Origin: Selaginella moellendorffii | Lineage: Eukaryota; Plantae; Lycopodiophyta | Assembly (NCBI RefSeq): GCF_000143415.4 | Contig: NW_003314262.1 | Coordinates: 2,530,603-2,594,602 of the forward strand | Direction: 5' to 3' | DNA: 64,000 nucleotides | Shown here: positions 60,138 to 64,000 of the stretch, piece by piece | Position numbering within the stretch: the first letter of the stretch is position 1 | How the letters are laid out: each line of letters opens with the position of its first letter | Position numbers and translations under genes: made by a program | Notes under the pieces: generated by a model | Told to the model about the DNA's origin: nothing | Seen by the model: the letters and a program-made list of their open reading frames with translations, nothing else | Database searches by the model: none

Positions 60138-60350
60138 GCTTCTCGGCTTAGCTGATTTTCTCCATGGCCAAATGGAGACCTAACGTTTAAGCCCTAAACC
60201 CTCTATCCTAAAGCCTTGGGGCCTCAGCCGTCCACGTGGACGGAGCCGGGAGACCAGGGTTCGATTCTTAGCATGAGCAAAAGAGTTTTTTAACGACTCA
60301 TTAAATTTAAATGCATGAGAGGCGGGAGCTTTAGAAACCCTAGAGAAGGA
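60138..60350. promoter_or_regulatory. Putative bidirectional promoter between Twinkle and TERT
   Basis: 213 bp between divergent ATGs; telo-box AAACCCTA at 60335-60342 (partial at 60196); G-box CACGTG at 60233-60238; E2F-like GGCGGGAG at 60321-60328. Confidence 0.6.
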
Positions 60351-63300
60351 ATGCCGGGAAGGTCGAGAAGGCGCAAGGGTTTGCAGCGCCATCCCAAGGT
60401 ACTGCGAGCTGTGTATGGCGATCGCCTGCGATTTCTATGGCAGCTGGTGCTGGAGCTCCTCGGCCGCGGCCGCGACGGAGCAGGGATCCTGTTCCAGGAA
60501 GGGGATTCGGCCGATTACAAGGAGCTCTTGTATGATAGCTATGCGGTCCTTTCTGAGAGCGCCCCGTCGCTTAATACTGCTGCATTTTCACTCGATCAGC
60601 GGTGGTCGCAGCAAGAGGTATTTCTAGCTTTGTATTATAATGGATCGGTAGCAATATATTTTTTTTCTTAGCTAGGTTGTTCACAGGGTCATTGAGCTGC
60701 AATTCAGGAAGAGCGAACGACCGTCTCATGTTTTATGCTTTGGGTACCAGCAGGTCAGTTGGTGTTTACTAGAAATGAAAATGACTAGCTTTCTGGTTTT
60801 CGGTTTTTCAGAATTTGGAGTGCCTATTTCGCAGCACAACTGTGGATGCTGTAACTTCCACTGCGTGGTGTGTTCTTCATTCCCGTGTAGGCAAGATTTT
60901 GTTTTTTTGGCCGTGGCTCTTGAAAACTTCTGTTTTCTTTTATACTTGCAGGTGATCTCCTCATGCTACACTTGCTATCTCATGCTGCTGTATTCGCTTC
61001 TCTTCCAAATTGTTGCTACATGCAAGTTTCGGGTACTCCGATCACTTTGCTAGCATCAGCTAGCCAGCGACGGATATCGCAGGAGTTTTTGAGTTTTATT
61101 TCGTCAAGAAGCCATGAAAAGTCCTACTCTCTTGAAGGTAAGCAGGCTTTGTTCTCCTTGCTTCTTTATTTTTTTTTGTCAAAACAGGTGTGATAAATGA
61201 AAATTCTCCACAATCAATATCACAGATTGAACCTCAAGGTGCAGCTTTTAAAAAGCGTAGAAGACCTTTCAGCTGGCAACGAAGGAAAAAGCAAAAAGTA
61301 ATATTTGTGGTTCTCCGTTTCTCCGATTTATTTGATAATCCTCAGGTGGTGGAGCGCTTGGAAAGTGTGCCTGCAGCCTGTCATAGACAGATTGATCGTG
61401 CACAGATGTTTTATAGCACTTGTTTTAACAGGAAGGGGGGACTGCCAAAAACTCGTATCCTTTAGTAATTTGAATTTGTTTCTGGTAAATCCTTGACCAA
61501 GGCAGATATTCTTTTTACATCAGCAGCTAGTAAGGACGGGGGAGCTGCGTGGTTGTTCGAGTCAATATTTGGAAGCAAAACAACCGAAAAGAGGTACTTC
61601 TCGATGAGCTTTGTGCGTTAAGTTTCTGAAAATATCTTTCACAGCTACCCACCTTCTATTCTGCGGCTTCTGAAGAGACTAATCTGTCGCGCTAAAAAGT
61701 TTCAGTGTGGCCATCTTTTGAAACGGCACTGTCCTGTGCCAATTTTGCCACGGAAGGTATTGCTGCCAGAATATTTCGTATGTTCTGAGGATAAGCGTGC
61801 AGGAAATCGATGGCAATCTTTACTTTAAAGATATGTTTCTGAATGATGGATATGTTACTCAAGAGGAATCTCGTGGAGATTCTTCATGTTCATGCAAGTC
61901 AGTGCCTGATCCAAGGAAAGGTAGCACCAAACCAAAAAATGAGAGGCCTTTATCAGAGCTGCTGGCCATGACCTCGACCAACCATCAAGTTGTGGCATTC
62001 TTGTGGGCTGCTTCCAGGAGGCTCATACCCCAGGAAATGCTCGGGTCTCCCAAAAACTGGAGAGCTCTTCGAAAGCAGTATGCACGCTTTGTTGGACTTC
62101 GGAGGTACGAAGCATTTTCCTCGGTTCAGCTGTTGCAGAAGCATAAGGTTTCCGACTTTACTTTTCTGAGCAAGCGGGATACAATCAAGGAACTCGAAGG
62201 AGTTGGATATTTCCGAACTCAAATGGTAGAAGACTGGCTATACTGGATTTTTACAAACGTATTGGTTCCTCTGATACGTGTTCACTTCTACGTTACAGAG
62301 AGCGAGAATCAACGGCAAAATGTGGTGTTTTACCGGAAGCCTATATGGTCGCAGATTCAGTCTGCGGCTGTTCGTGATCTATCAAAGACTGTCTACAAAC
62401 GTGTGGACGCTGACAAAGCCCTCAGGAACCGAGCACTGGGATTCTCTAAAGTCCGGCTTCTTCCGAAAAAAACGAGCGTCAGACCAATAGCTAATCTCGG
62501 CTCGGCATCAATCTACGTGGTCAAGCGTAAAGACTCCACCTTTCTGAAGTCCAGGAAAGGAAAACGGGTTGTTCATGTCAGCCATCGAAGGAGATCATCC
62601 GATCTAAGTTCCGGTTCCAGGGGTGATGGGAAAATTCAGACAGTTTATTCGTTCAAGTCCGTCAATTCTGCTCTCGGGGATGCTCATCAGTGTCTGAAGC
62701 TTGAGCAAGAAAGTCATCAAGGTGATCTTGGCGCGTCTGTATTCGGCTACAACGACATCTACTTGAAGCTGCTTCCTTTCATCCGACGTTTCAGACAACG
62801 AGAACCAACGAAAGTTTTTCTGGCTGTTTGTGATGTCGCTAATGCGTTCGACACTATCGATCAGGAACGGCTTTACAGCATTGTTGACAAGTTCTTGCAC
62901 GAGGAGAAGTACGTTGTTTTGCGGTTTACTTCCGTCCGTAGCAGGCTGGCATCTGTCCGAGTGCTTCACGAGAAAGCCTGTGCTACTGCGGGGAGTGATG
63001 GGAGGGTCTACAACTTTGTTCGAAACTTGACAACTAAGCGCTCCGAAACAATATTTACTGATCAGGTTTGTTCTTTGGTTATTACAGGGCGTTGTCTTAC
63101 TAACAAATCGTTACCACAGGCCTATCACTCTAATGTGTCAAGAGTGCAGCTATTGAGAGTTCTCAAAGAACACATCAAATCCAATATCTTGCACCTCGGC
63201 CACAACTTCTTTCAACAATTTACCGGTATTCCTCAAGGCAGCGTACTTTCGTCTTTCCTATGCGCGTTATACTATGGTTACCTGGACTTGCGCCACATAC

Positions 63301-64000
63301 TACCAGCTTTACAAGGGAAACCTCAGGACGGCCTGGTGAAGGAAGAGACCACAGACGAGGCTCTTCTTATGCGGCTGGTGGACGACTCCTTATTTATATC
63401 GACGTCTGAAGCAAAGGCAACACTTTTCTTGAACGTAATGCACAGGGACCTCGAACAGTTCGGATGCTGTGTCAACGAGGACAAAACATCTACAAGCTTT
63501 GATACTGACATTAGTGGGAAGAACGTGAAGTCCATGTATTCGACTGAAGATGGGGCTTGTTTCATGCGATGGAGTGGTTTGCTCATCAACTGTCACACTC
63601 TTGAAATCCAAGCCGACTATACGAGGTTCGTTTGAAAGCGATCACGTTTCTTGTATGTTTTGACATGTTTTTACAGATACTGCGGCGAACACATCAGATC
63701 TAGTCTGACGGTCATGAGGTGCCACAAACAAGGACTGAATCTGGTTGTGAAGATGTTTCATTTCATGAGGCCGAAATGTCATCCGGTATTTTACGACTCC
63801 GAGATCAACTCAGCATCAACGATATCCTTGAACGCATACCAAGCGTTTCTTCTTTGTGCGATGAAGTTTCATGCGTATTTGAAGTGCTTACGGCCATTCA
63901 ACGTCAATAATCCACTATTCCTTTTCCAGGCAATTCGAAGAACGACGAGGTGAGTTGTATTCCTGAAGATAAGAGTGACCAAGTCTTTTTCCAGGTATAC
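60351..64000 (+). CDS. TERT: Telomerase reverse transcriptase (3' end beyond the window), multi-exon
   Basis: QFP-region HQVVAFLWA; T motif FYVTE...FYRKPIW; motifs 1/2 RLLPKK...RPIANL; A CDVANAFDTI; B' GIPQGSVLSSFLC; C LMRLVDDSLFIS; E WSGLLI. Confidence 0.96.

Noticed and set aside
60180-60345. Telomerase RNA gene or telomeric array next to TERT
   Set aside because: Only isolated telo-box motifs; no USE-TATA Pol III promoter or recognisable TR conserved regions.
61797-63635. Retroelement or retron-like reverse transcriptase
   Set aside because: The T motif, QFP region and exon structure identify it as TERT.

Overview
Eukaryotic, not prokaryotic: a compact, short-intron (about 50-90 nt) land-plant region. 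The gene density and the PLS-type PPR genes suggest the lycophyte Selaginella (inference, not verified). 1-11.5 kb is a nest of retroelements. A decayed Ty3/gypsy element (716-10474, minus) contains a 5S-rRNA-bearing Cassandra-type TRIM (4022-8950, TSD TATAA), which itself carries three solo-LTR insertions. A second, tandem Cassandra copy lies beside it (10713-11488, TSD CAATA). The rest is gene-dense: an orphan ORF, GCP4, RIBA and EF-Ts pseudogene pieces, an RRM-zinc-knuckle gene, a true RtcA cyclase, tRNA-Asp x2, tRNA-Pro, DnaJ-ferredoxin, two intact PPR genes and several PPR relics, a Crinkler/RHS-like NTPase relic, HemN/HemW, AP2/ERF, a carrier lacking EF-hands, an LEA-like gene, a P450, SKI2, apyrase, SPC24, U1 snRNA, Twinkle and TERT (runs off the right end). 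The most notable signals are: (i) LTR insertions clustered at the predicted Pol III start site of the Cassandra 5S promoter; (ii) repeated tRNA-next-to-intronless-gene (mainly PPR) arrangements with 40-60 nt gene spacers, suggesting polycistronic or Pol III-linked units; (iii) a 51-nt U12-type intron in TERT and an AT-AC intron with a U2-like donor in SPC24. All protein and RNA identifications come from recalled motifs; no database search was run.
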